Shown here: in pieces, positions 39,617-48,344 of the stretch | Position numbering within the stretch: the stretch's first letter is position 1 | How the letters are laid out: each line of letters begins with the position of its first letter | Assembly: GCA_048938445.1 (NCBI GenBank) | Contig: JBHLME010000017.1 | Location: 1-48,344 of the forward strand | DNA: 48,344 bases | Reading direction: 5' to 3' | Source of the DNA: Promethearchaeota archaeon | GTDB lineage: Archaea > Asgardarchaeota > Lokiarchaeia > Sigyniarchaeales > SOKP01 | Position numbers and translations under genes: made by a program | The notes under the pieces: model-generated | Database searches by the model: none | Told to the model about the DNA's origin: nothing | What the model saw: the letters and a program-made list of their open reading frames with translations, nothing else

Positions 39617-41002
39617 TTGAAAAAAAAGAAAAAAATAATTGTTATAGGATTAGATTGTGCAACTCCTAAAACTTTATTTGAAGATTTTATAAATGAATGC
39701 CCGAACATTAAAAAATTAATGGACGAGGGTGTTTATGGCAAGTTGAGAAGTTCCGATCCTCCTATAACCATTCCTGCATGGATGGTAATGGCAACAAGTA
39801 AAAAAGCAGGAACACTTGGATTATATGGGTTTAGACACCGAAAAGAGAATTCTTATACGGATTTTTGGGTTGCAAGTTCTTATAATATAAAAGAACCGAA
39901 AATCTGGGATATTCTTGGTGAAAAAGGTTTGAAATCTATCATTTTAGGAATACCTCCCACATATCCAATACAAGAGATAAATGGTCACATGGTTTCAGGA
40001 TTCATAACTCCAGATACTTCATCTAATTATACTTATCCTCCAGAGTTAAAAGAAGAAATACAGAATAATATTGGTCAATATATCTTAGATGCTAATTTTC
40101 GAACTGAAAATAAAGCAGATTTACTTGTTGAAATTTATCAAATGACGAAGGTTCAATTTAAAACAATAAAATATTTGCTAAAAAATAAAGAGTGGGATTA
40201 TTGTCAATTTGTCATAATTGGACTTGATAGAATGCATCATGCTTTCTGGAAATATTACGATTCTTCACACGCAAAATATGAACCTAATAACATTTTTGAA
40301 AGCGCCTTGAAAAACTATTATAAATATATAGACGAAGAAGTAGGTGAGATTCTTGATATTATTGAAAAAGAGACAATAGTAATAATTGCATCTGATCATG
40401 GCGCAAAAGCAATGAAGGGATGTATATGCGTGAACACTGCATTGGAAAAGCTAAGATTATTAAGATTTAAAAAACAACCAGAACCAGGGACAAAATTAGA
40501 AGATACTGAAATAGATTGGAATAATACATATGCCTGGGGATGGGGTGGATATTATGCGCGTATTTTTTTAAATGTCCAAGGGAGAGAACCTCAAGGAATC
40601 ATTCCCACAGAAGATTATGAAAAATGGAGAGAAAAAGTTATAAATTCTCTAAAAAGTATTAAAAATCCAGATGGCAAACCAATGAATACAATAATTTACA
40701 AACCTGAAGAATTATATGAGGAATTAAAAGGTGATTATCCTGATTTGATGGTTTATTTCGATGATCTAAATTGGAGATCTGCGGGAACTGTAGGATATGA
40801 TACCATATATCTTGACGAAAATGATACGGGTCCCGATGACGCCGTCCATGATTACTATGGTATTTTTATAATTCATGATACAAATAACAAAATTGGTAAA
40901 AAATTAGAAACTAAAAATATTTTAGATATTGCTCCAACAATTTTAAGCATATTTGGATTTGAAATTCCTAAAGAAATGCAAGGAAAAGTAATTAACTATT
41001 AA
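39617..41002 (+). CDS. Alkaline-phosphatase-superfamily (nucleotide pyrophosphatase/phosphodiesterase-type) enzyme, cytoplasmic
   Basis: IGLD, PPITIPAW (Thr nucleophile), DRMHH, SDHG, H...G, DIAPTIL. No signal peptide; TTG start with AGGAG. Confidence 0.88.
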   Translation: MKKKKKIIVIGLDCATPKTLFEDFINECPNIKKLMDEGVYGKLRSSDPPITIPAWMVMATSKKAGTLGLYGFRHRKENSYTDFWVASSYNIKEPKIWDILGEKGLKSIILGIPPTYPIQEINGHMVSGFITPDTSSNYTYPPELKEEIQNNIGQYILDANFRTENKADLLVEIYQMTKVQFKTIKYLLKNKEWDYCQFVIIGLDRMHHAFWKYYDSSHAKYEPNNIFESALKNYYKYIDEEVGEILDIIEKETIVIIASDHGAKAMKGCICVNTALEKLRLLRFKKQPEPGTKLEDTEIDWNNTYAWGWGGYYARIFLNVQGREPQGIIPTEDYEKWREKVINSLKSIKNPDGKPMNTIIYKPEELYEELKGDYPDLMVYFDDLNWRSAGTVGYDTIYLDENDTGPDDAVHDYYGIFIIHDTNNKIGKKLETKNILDIAPTILSIFGFEIPKEMQGKVINY

Positions 41003-41019
41003 ATACAAATGATGTAGAG

Positions 41020-41553
41020 ATGGAACATAAAGGATTTACGCTATGGTTTACAGGTTTAGCATGTTCAGGTAAAACTGTATTAGCTGATGCTGTTGCTGAG
41101 GAATTACGGAAGAAAGGTATGAATGTGGAAAGACTTGATGGTGATATAGTTCGAAAAAACCTTACAAAAGACCTGGGTTACTCTGATAAAGATAGAAGAA
41201 TGAACATAGAAAGAGTAACTTTTGTAGCTAAACTTTTAACACGTAATGGTGTAGCTGTACTAGCTTCTTTTATATCACCATTTAACGATATTAGAGCTTA
41301 CTCTCGAGAGGAAATCGGTGATTTTATTTTAGTCTATGTAAAATGTTCTCTTCAAGAATGTGAAAATAGGGATGTTAAAGGAATGTACGCTAAAGCTAGA
41401 GCGGGGGAGATTAAGGAATTTACTGGAATTGATTCTCCCTTTGAAGAGCCCGATACTGCAGATATTATCGTTGAATCTGACAAGCAAACTATTGATGAAA
41501 GTAAAAATATTATTCTAAATGCATTAGATAAAATGGGTTATCTCCCCAATTAA
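41020..41553 (+). CDS. cysC: Adenylyl-sulfate kinase
   Basis: WFTGL..SGKT, LDGD, SFISP, RD.KG.Y.KA..G.I..FTGIDSPFE.P. Confidence 0.96.
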   Translation: MEHKGFTLWFTGLACSGKTVLADAVAEELRKKGMNVERLDGDIVRKNLTKDLGYSDKDRRMNIERVTFVAKLLTRNGVAVLASFISPFNDIRAYSREEIGDFILVYVKCSLQECENRDVKGMYAKARAGEIKEFTGIDSPFEEPDTADIIVESDKQTIDESKNIILNALDKMGYLPN

Positions 41554-41663
41554 AATCTATTTTATGTATTTTCTTAAATAGCAGTGGTATATAATAAAAT
41601 GTTAAAATTAAATCATAAACTTGCAATTTTAATTAATTATTTGATTTGCACTTGCATTTTTGC

Positions 41664-42590
41664 TTATTTCAAAATTTCCATTACTTTTTTTTTTAAATTA
41701 TCTATATTTAAACCGTAGGCATCTAATAATACTGAAGTCTTTCCAGAAACCACAAAGGTATCATTTATCCCAATAAATTTCATAACTTTAGGTGATTTTT
41801 CAGAAATTATTCGTGCTAAAATACTCCCAATACCACAATAAATATTATGTTCTTCAATAACTATAATCCCTTTAACTTCTTCTATATTAAGAAGTAGTTT
41901 CTCTATGTTAATTGGTTTAATTTTGGATAGATTTATAACTTTAATTGAAATATTTAATTCTTTCTCTATTAATGGAGCGGAGTGATGAGCTAATATTGCA
42001 CCATAACCTGATCCAATGAAACATATATCATTTCCTTTTTTTAACAGATCAATATTCTCATCAGAAAAAACATAATCAATATCATGGATTCGCGAAAATA
42101 TTCCACGCGGTAATCTCATATAAATTGGACCTTCATTATTAAAAGCATAATCTAACATCTGTTCTAATTCTAGGTCATCTGCTGGAATAAGAATTGTTAA
42201 ATTGGGAAGAGATGCCATTAAACTTAAATCTTCAAGAGCATGATGTGTACTCCCATCTTCTCCTACAATACCACCATGAGTTGTAATTATTTTTACATTC
42301 AAATTATCATGACATGCTAATCGTATAAATTCCCATGCCCTACCTGTTGTGAATATTGTAAATCCACTTACAACGGGAATTTTTCCAGAAATGGAAAAAC
42401 CTAACGCTGTACCAACCATATTTTGTTCAGCAATACCCATATTAAAAAATCTATCTGGAAAGGATTTAGCAAATTGTGATGTTCTAGTAGAACTTGAGAG
42501 ATCAGCATCGAGAACAATTATATCTTTATTTTTTTTTCCATATTCAACTAATAAATCGCCAAATTTATCTCTTAAGGCTATTTCAGTCAA
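41664..42590 (-). CDS. Transketolase, C-terminal subunit
   Basis: DADL..ST, GIAEQNM, RAWE..R, GEDG.THH..ED, Y.R..R, EEH...G.GS. The TTG start abuts the upstream stop. Confidence 0.93.
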   Translation of the reverse strand: MTEIALRDKFGDLLVEYGKKNKDIIVLDADLSSSTRTSQFAKSFPDRFFNMGIAEQNMVGTALGFSISGKIPVVSGFTIFTTGRAWEFIRLACHDNLNVKIITTHGGIVGEDGSTHHALEDLSLMASLPNLTILIPADDLELEQMLDYAFNNEGPIYMRLPRGIFSRIHDIDYVFSDENIDLLKKGNDICFIGSGYGAILAHHSAPLIEKELNISIKVINLSKIKPINIEKLLLNIEEVKGIIVIEEHNIYCGIGSILARIISEKSPKVMKFIGINDTFVVSGKTSVLLDAYGLNIDNLKKKVMEILK

Positions 42591-43451
42591 TTAAAAATTT
42601 CCCTCCTTTACTTCTGTCTTTAAAAAATGAAGTTCTCCCATTGCTGCTTCAAATTCCTCTTTATTTGGGGGTCTTCCATGAAAAAAACGAGTATGCTCCA
42701 TAAATGACACATCAGCACCCTTTACGAGATATGAGATGATGATTTTAGGTTTTTTAATAATTTTCTTGGATTTATTAAAAGTTTTGATAAGTTCAGACAA
42801 ATTTGAACCATCTACTTCAAGAATTTCCCATCCAAAAGATTTCCATTTTGAAGCCAATGGTTCTAAAGCCATTACTTCTTCCGTGGAGCCATCAATTTGA
42901 AATCCATTCCTATCTACGATAGCTATTAAATTATCTAATTTATAATGGGCTGCTGACATTGCTGCTTCCCATATTGCTCCTTCATTTAATTCTCCATCTC
43001 CTAAAAGAATATAAACACATTTCTCATTATTTTTTTCTAATTTAGCCGATAATGCACATCCAATTCCAATAGATAATCCCATACCTAATGAACCTGTGCT
43101 TATATCAATCCCTAATTTTCCATTTTTCATTGGATGGCCTTGTAGATCAGAATTAAAGTGTCTGAAAGTTTTTAATTTTTCTTTGGAAATATAACCTAAT
43201 TTTGAAAGGACAGCATATAATGCTGGAGCAGCATGACCCTTGCTTAATATAAAAAAATCTCGTCCACTCCATTGAGGATCATCCTGTTTTAACTTTAGAA
43301 TCTTTTTATATAGGATATAAATTAAATTTGCACAAGAAAGAGAGCCACCTGGATGACCAGATTGTGAATTATAGATCATCTTGAGAATATCTTCCTTGAT
43401 ATCAAGTATATCTAACATTAATTGTTTTTCTTCTTTTTCTGATAATTTCAT
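42591..43451 (-). CDS. Transketolase, N-terminal (TPP-binding) subunit
   Basis: SGHPGGSLS, LSKGHA, LQGHP, STGSLG.G, GDGEL.EG..WEA, D.N..Q.DG, HG. Probable start is ATG 43451, not 43610. Confidence 0.93.
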   Translation of the reverse strand: MKLSEKEEKQLMLDILDIKEDILKMIYNSQSGHPGGSLSCANLIYILYKKILKLKQDDPQWSGRDFFILSKGHAAPALYAVLSKLGYISKEKLKTFRHFNSDLQGHPMKNGKLGIDISTGSLGMGLSIGIGCALSAKLEKNNEKCVYILLGDGELNEGAIWEAAMSAAHYKLDNLIAIVDRNGFQIDGSTEEVMALEPLASKWKSFGWEILEVDGSNLSELIKTFNKSKKIIKKPKIIISYLVKGADVSFMEHTRFFHGRPPNKEEFEAAMGELHFLKTEVKEGNF

Positions 43452-43470
43452 GAGATATTGGGGTAATAAT

Positions 43471-44475
43471 TTATTTTTTATGCTGTTTTGAAGAAATAAA
43501 ATTTTTAAGCCTTTCAGGATTATAAAAATTGACGGGGGGAAGTGAAGCAGTGAGTGCCGCAGAATACATTGAGATTTTAACCGAATCAGATATAGGAATT
43601 TTCGATGCATATGAAAGTCCTAATGTTGCCATAATAACACTTCCTACAGCTACGTAACTACGGATTTTATCTTCTAAAATAGGATTAAATTTTTCCATTC
43701 TTTCGCTATTTTTATTAAAGAGATACGAATCTGATTCTAAAAAGCTTAATAGAACATTTTTTGATTTTGATGAATTTATGATTTTCTTACCAGCTATAGA
43801 AACACTAGTATCAGTACAACAATCAATTAAAAAAACTTCTAAAGCTTTTTGAAGATTAATTTTTATTAAATCAATCTCTTCATATATATAATAGTTAGAT
43901 AAATTAGGACGAGCTATAATTGGAATATTAGGATAATGTTCTTTTAGAATAATTAATAATCGCTGGATAAATTGATCTGTAAATAATTCACCTATTCCAT
44001 AATCAAGAATGATAATACTATCAATATCATTTTTTTGGGATGCAGTTTTTATTACATCAAATAACTTCTGAATTGTTGATTTTTGAATATCTGAAGTATA
44101 ATCCGTTTCCAATCTTAGCAAATGTTGATTTCTCGCTTTTATTTTCGTAATTTGAGGTGTTTTTATATCTTTATCTACAACAATTCCAGAAACACTGATA
44201 TCTAATTCAATCATTTTTTTTATGAAAAAATTTCCTTCAAAATCATCTCCTACTATGGTACATACAACTGGTAATCCACCTAAAGATTTAACATATTTTA
44301 TGACACGTCCGATTCCACCTAAGAAAGCCCCTCTTTTATCAACTTTTACACAAGGAACGGGCGCATCTGGAGAAATTGTTTCCGCACGACCATATAAGTA
44401 AAGATCAACAAGAGCTTCTCCAATGATTAATACTTTTTTATCCTTCCATTGTTCTATTTCTTCGATAAGATTCAT
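43471..44475 (-). CDS. RfaE/HldE domain I-like (PfkB fold) protein with degenerate catalytic motifs
   Basis: IGE..VD.Y.YG....ISPDAPVP, GG, TIVGDD..G, K......Q.LLR, DY..G. The expected DxxGAGD reads SYVAVGS. Confidence 0.8.
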   Translation of the reverse strand: MNLIEEIEQWKDKKVLIIGEALVDLYLYGRAETISPDAPVPCVKVDKRGAFLGGIGRVIKYVKSLGGLPVVCTIVGDDFEGNFFIKKMIELDISVSGIVVDKDIKTPQITKIKARNQHLLRLETDYTSDIQKSTIQKLFDVIKTASQKNDIDSIIILDYGIGELFTDQFIQRLLIILKEHYPNIPIIARPNLSNYYIYEEIDLIKINLQKALEVFLIDCCTDTSVSIAGKKIINSSKSKNVLLSFLESDSYLFNKNSERMEKFNPILEDKIRSYVAVGSVIMATLGLSYASKIPISDSVKISMYSAALTASLPPVNFYNPERLKNFISSKQHKK

Positions 44476-44550
44476 TTTTAATGGGATTAAGTGATATCAA
44501 TTGATTTTTTTCATTTTTGATTGTATTTAAGATTATTTAAATAACAAGAA

Positions 44551-45093
44551 TTATATATTTTTGGCAAATTCTAATAGATCCTTATATATTAAATCTGGAA
44601 TGATTTCTTTGATCTTTTTTTTTTCTTCTGAACCATATCCTGTAAGAACTAATACAGTCTTACAATTAGCATTATATCCCGCTTTTATGTCATTTAAAGT
44701 ATCTCCTATCATATATGATTCTTTTAAATCAATCTTATATTTTTCTTTAGCATTTAAAATCATTCCTGGTTTTGGTTTTCTACAATCGCATTCACCTGTA
44801 AAATCAGGGTGGTGAGGACAATAGTAAATATCATCTAAAAAAATATTTTCATATTCTAAAAGATTCTTCATTTTACGGTGTATAGAATTTAAATTTTCTA
44901 TGGTAAAATAACCTCTAGCGATTCCAGCTTGATTTGTTATAAGTATTAATAGAAATCCTTTTTGTTTTAAAATTTTAAGTGCTTCTATAACACCTTCGAT
45001 TAATTTAAAATCATCTGGATTTGAAAGATAATTCATTTCTTCATTAATTACGCCATCTCGGTCTAAAAAAATTGCTTTATTAACCTCAGTCAT
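44551..45093 (-). CDS. gmhB: D-glycero-D-manno-heptose 1,7-bisphosphate phosphatase
   Basis: FLDRDGVIN, TNQ.GIARG, CPHHP...C.CRKP.PGM, IGD...D. ATG 45093 overlaps the rpe stop. Confidence 0.92.
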   Translation of the reverse strand: MTEVNKAIFLDRDGVINEEMNYLSNPDDFKLIEGVIEALKILKQKGFLLILITNQAGIARGYFTIENLNSIHRKMKNLLEYENIFLDDIYYCPHHPDFTGECDCRKPKPGMILNAKEKYKIDLKESYMIGDTLNDIKAGYNANCKTVLVLTGYGSEEKKKIKEIIPDLIYKDLLEFAKNI

Positions 45094-45724
45094 GATATTC
45101 AATTTCTTTAAGTTTTTGAATCACTTTATTTGGATTTTCTGCTTTTAAAATTGTACTAGAACTGCTTACAATATCAGCATTAATGAATCCTGCATTTTTT
45201 AGATTTATACCCCCATCAATATCAATCAAGAAACCCATTTTCATATATGCTCTATAAGCAATTAACAAATCTACTTTATCAATTGATTCCCAAATAAAAT
45301 CTTGCCCGGACCATCCGGGATTAACCGACATTATCAAAACAAGGTCCAGATCATTTAAAAATGGCATAATTTTTGTTAAAGGAGTTTCGGGATTTATCGC
45401 AATTCCTACTTGTCTTTTATGATACTTGACTTTTTTTATTAACTCTTCTTTATTTCCCTTAGATTCAAAGTGAAATACAAAAAAATCTACATCATCGATA
45501 ATTCTATTAACAAATTTTATTGGTTCATCAACCATCAAGTGAGCTATTATAGGTAAATCATATTTTGCCTTTATCTGCTTCAAAACATTAGTATTAAGAT
45601 TTTTAGATTCCACAAACTTGCCATCCATAAAATCCACGTGGATGTAATCAAGACCATCTAAATTTTCTATTATATCTGGATCAAATCTATCGATCGCATG
45701 GATCGACACAGCTACTCTCTTCAT
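45086..45724 (-). CDS. rpe: Ribulose-phosphate 3-epimerase family protein
   Basis: H.D.MDG.FV, HLM, H.E, NP.TP, MSVNPG..GQ, IDGGIN. Confidence 0.88.
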   Translation of the reverse strand: MKRVAVSIHAIDRFDPDIIENLDGLDYIHVDFMDGKFVESKNLNTNVLKQIKAKYDLPIIAHLMVDEPIKFVNRIIDDVDFFVFHFESKGNKEELIKKVKYHKRQVGIAINPETPLTKIMPFLNDLDLVLIMSVNPGWSGQDFIWESIDKVDLLIAYRAYMKMGFLIDIDGGINLKNAGFINADIVSSSSTILKAENPNKVIQKLKEIEYHD

Positions 45725-45730
45725 GTATTC

Positions 45731-46297
45731 TTAATCAAACAATTCTTTTTCTACTAAATAACAAATTATATGTCCTACAGTAATATGTCCTTCTTGAATA
45801 CGAGGAGTATCTATAGAAGGAATTTTAAGACAATAATCAACTATTTTTTCTATTTTATTCTCTTTTTGACCTGTAAATCCGATGGTTATTGCACCCAATT
45901 CTTTTGCTTTAACTAAACCTTTTATCACATTTGGAGAATTTCCAGACGTGCTAAGACCAATTACGATATCACCTTGATTAACAAATGATGATACTTGTCT
46001 TTCAAAAATCAAATCATATCCAAAGTCATTTGCCGTTGCAGTAACGACAGACGTATTGGTATGAAATGCTAGAGCAGGTAAAGATTCACGATCTTTATAA
46101 AACTTACCAACAAATTCAGCAGCTATGTGTTGAGCATCTGCAGCACTTCCACCATTCCCAAATAGAATAACTTTTTTCTTTTTCTTATATGCATTTATTA
46201 TTTCAACTGAAATCTTTTCTATTAAAGCAGCTTCATTCTTAATTTCTTGAATAATAAATGCTGTTTTCTCCAAACTTGTAATAATTTCCTCTTTCAT
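45731..46297 (-). CDS. gmhA: Sedoheptulose-7-phosphate isomerase
   Basis: GNGGSAADAQHIAAE, NDFG...F.RQ, STSGNS.N, T.RIQE.H...H. Alternative GTG start at 46306. Confidence 0.95.
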   Translation of the reverse strand: MKEEIITSLEKTAFIIQEIKNEAALIEKISVEIINAYKKKKKVILFGNGGSAADAQHIAAEFVGKFYKDRESLPALAFHTNTSVVTATANDFGYDLIFERQVSSFVNQGDIVIGLSTSGNSPNVIKGLVKAKELGAITIGFTGQKENKIEKIVDYCLKIPSIDTPRIQEGHITVGHIICYLVEKELFD

Positions 46298-46348
46298 ATT
46301 ATTCACAATAATTATTTAGTATATCTTCTATCCACATTGGTTGTATAT

Positions 46349-47350
46349 TTACCAAACTTCTACACCTTTAGGATTAAAATGAAAATTTATTATGGTACCT
46401 CCGATCTTTTTAAGTTCCTCAATAACAGTATATTTCTTATCTGGATCTGAAAACAATAGTAAATGGCCACCACCTCCCGCACCAAGTAACTTTCCTCCCA
46501 ATACACCATATTTTCTTGAAGTTAAATAAAAATTTTCTATGGCTTTATTTGAGATTTTTGTACTTAAACTTTTCTTCGCTAACCAACCTTTATGAAGTAA
46601 TTTTCCAAATTCATTCAATTTGTCAATATTGTTAGACTCGACAATTTGCCTCATTGAATGGGCAACATCTTTTAAGTCTTGCATTGACTCCATATATGAT
46701 TTTTTTTCTATTTCATATCCTTTTAATACATCATCTTGAATATCTGAAGAAAAATGAGAACCACCAATATAACATAGAATCAATCTATAATGTAATTCAT
46801 TCATTAAATCTTCTGATGTTAGAATAGGTGATACTTTTACATCCTTTGTAAATTCTATGAAATTAAATCCCCCATAAGCCGCAGCATACTGATCTTGATA
46901 GCCACCTTTCTGTTTTAATTCAATACGTTCAATTTCATATGCTTTTTGAGCAATTTCATGTTTTGAAAGACCTAATTTATAATAATTATTAAAAGCGGCA
47001 AGCACTGCAACTGATAAAGTAGATGATCCTCCCATTCCAGAGCCTGAAGGTAATTCAGAATAGGTAATAATATCAAAACCATTTTTAATATCTAAAACAT
47101 TGACTATCCCCTTGAATATCTCAAAACCATTATTATAATTAGTATCACCAATATCAAAAACAATTTCATTATTAAAATCGATAGAATTTACACGAATTTT
47201 ATTATCAGTTCTTTGCTTTATTGAAACGTAAATATGTCTATCGATTGTAGTGCTTATTACACACCCTCCATATTCTATGCAATATGGGGCCATATCTGTT
47301 CCACCCCCTCCAAAACTTACCCGAAATGGTGCTTTTGAACGTATAATCAT
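46349..47350 (-). CDS. hddA: D-glycero-alpha-D-manno-heptose 7-phosphate kinase (GHMP family)
   Basis: RSKAP.R.SFGGGGTD, P.GSG.GGSS, GG.QDQYA.AYGGFN, W..KK.L...ISN, GKLLGAGGGG. Confidence 0.88.
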   Translation of the reverse strand: MIIRSKAPFRVSFGGGGTDMAPYCIEYGGCVISTTIDRHIYVSIKQRTDNKIRVNSIDFNNEIVFDIGDTNYNNGFEIFKGIVNVLDIKNGFDIITYSELPSGSGMGGSSTLSVAVLAAFNNYYKLGLSKHEIAQKAYEIERIELKQKGGYQDQYAAAYGGFNFIEFTKDVKVSPILTSEDLMNELHYRLILCYIGGSHFSSDIQDDVLKGYEIEKKSYMESMQDLKDVAHSMRQIVESNNIDKLNEFGKLLHKGWLAKKSLSTKISNKAIENFYLTSRKYGVLGGKLLGAGGGGHLLLFSDPDKKYTVIEELKKIGGTIINFHFNPKGVEVW

Positions 47351-47537
47351 ATTTCCTTTATTTTTTTTACAACTGAATTATTAAGTTCTTTCTGCTATTT
47401 AAAATTGATTTTAAATAAATTTTTGGTAGAATATAGATTACTTAATAGATAATTCTTTCAAATTCTTTATTTTTAATTAAATATTTATATTATCAAATTC
47501 AGATTGAATGTATAAAAAGAGAAAATCAATTTATACA

Positions 47538-48344
47538 ATGGATAACATACTCATTACTGGTTCAAATGGATTTATTGGTTCTCATTTAATTGATTCTTGT
47601 CTGAACAAAGGATACGAAGTATATGCTTTAGACAAACCAGATACTTCTTTTAAAAATTTATTACATTATACAAATAAAAAAGAATATTTTTTAGAAGAAG
47701 AAAAAATGGATTTTTTTGAAGATTTAATTCAAATTCCTAATAATAACAAAAAATTGTGCCTATTGGAATGCGATATAAAAAATAGTAAGTTATTGGATAA
47801 AATTATATCAGTAATAAAACCAAATTATATTTTTCATTTTGCTGCCCAATCATTTGTTTTACCTTCTTGGCAAGATCCAGTAGAAACAATTGAATCAAAC
47901 GTTATTGGAACGATAAATTTATTTGAATCTATTAAAAGACATAATATAAAGACAAGAGTAATAGTAGCTTGTTCTAGTGCGGAATATGGAACTACTACTA
48001 GAATTAATCGTCCTTTAAAGGAAACTGATCCTTTAATGGCAATTCATCCATATGGTATAAGTAAAATTGCTGCTGAATTACTAGCAAGACAATATTATTT
48101 AAATTTTGGAATAGATATTATAAACCTTAGATTCTTTAACCAGACAGGTCCTCGAAAGGAGGGAGATGCTTGTGCAGATTTTATAAGTAAAATAGCACAA
48201 ATTGATCTAGGATTAGCAAAACCTGTAATAGAGGTAGGGAATTTAAATCCATACCGAGATTTCACGGGGATAAAAGATACAATTCAAGCAATTTGGTTAG
48301 CTGCTGAAAAAGGAAAATCAGGAGAAGTATATAATGTATGCTCA
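47538..48344 (+). CDS. GDP-sugar 4,6-dehydratase/reductase family SDR (Gmd/Rmd/DmhA-like), truncated by the window end
   Basis: Not in the ORF track. Manual translation gives MDNILITGSNGFIGSHL...FHFAAQSFV..SW.DP..T...N..GT..L...CSSAEYG...PYGISK...R.FN.TGPR...GNL...RDF. An in-frame ATG also lies at 47508. Confidence 0.88.
   Translation, partial: MDNILITGSNGFIGSHLIDSCLNKGYEVYALDKPDTSFKNLLHYTNKKEYFLEEEKMDFFEDLIQIPNNNKKLCLLECDIKNSKLLDKIISVIKPNYIFHFAAQSFVLPSWQDPVETIESNVIGTINLFESIKRHNIKTRVIVACSSAEYGTTTRINRPLKETDPLMAIHPYGISKIAAELLARQYYLNFGIDIINLRFFNQTGPRKEGDACADFISKIAQIDLGLAKPVIEVGNLNPYRDFTGIKDTIQAIWLAAEKGKSGEVYNVCS

Noticed and set aside
39617-41002. Formylglycine-dependent sulfatase
   Set aside because: No (C/S)xPxR motif; the nucleophile region is PPITIPAW, which is NPP-type.
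43452-43610. 53-aa N-terminal extension of transketolase overlapping the RfaE-like gene
   Set aside because: Artefact of longest-ORF calling; homology starts at ATG 43451.
5012-46450. Short alternate-frame or antisense ORFs in the track (e.g. 5012, 6590, 7571, 10452, 16605, 29556, 42349, 44561, 46247)
   Set aside because: They lie within or opposite well-supported genes and show no recognisable motifs, so they are shadow ORFs.
1-48344. CRISPR arrays, tRNA/rRNA genes, IS elements or integrases
   Set aside because: No regularly spaced repeats, no GC-rich structural RNA-sized segments and no transposase or recombinase motifs were seen by eye.

Overview
A low-GC, gene-dense archaeal chromosome segment. 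The archaeal/eukaryotic-type TyrRS and PheRS, DUF1512, AOR and SCP2 proteins suggest an Asgard (Lokiarchaeia-like) host, which is an inference. Bases 1-14.8 kb are housekeeping and metabolic: partial aor, Fe-ADH, SCP2, HAD-IIA, tyrS, a Vps29/YfcE-like phosphoesterase, a class V aminotransferase, an SCP2-membrane protein, DUF1512, pheS-pheT-pheA and a bacterial-type RNase PH. Bases 15-48.3 kb form a large surface-glycan region with 6 GT-B glycosyltransferases, 6 SAM methyltransferases, an ABC-2 exporter and an SDR epimerase. It also holds three donor-supply modules: (i) two inositol-phosphate synthases, a stand-alone CTP:inositol-1-P cytidylyltransferase and a TagF-like phosphotransferase; (ii) RHH regulator-sat-alkaline-phosphatase-superfamily enzyme-cysC; (iii) a heptose pathway with its own transketolase and Rpe, plus a degenerate RfaE kinase. 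The best candidates for new biology are a CDP-inositol/TagF teichoic-acid-like module, a PAPS operon with no canonical sulfotransferase whose regulator carries an 'ERL..LGY' tail, and a Phe-rich leader ORF plus hairpin upstream of pheST-pheA. I saw no tRNA, rRNA, CRISPR array or transposase. All assignments are motif recognition by eye, with no database searches.
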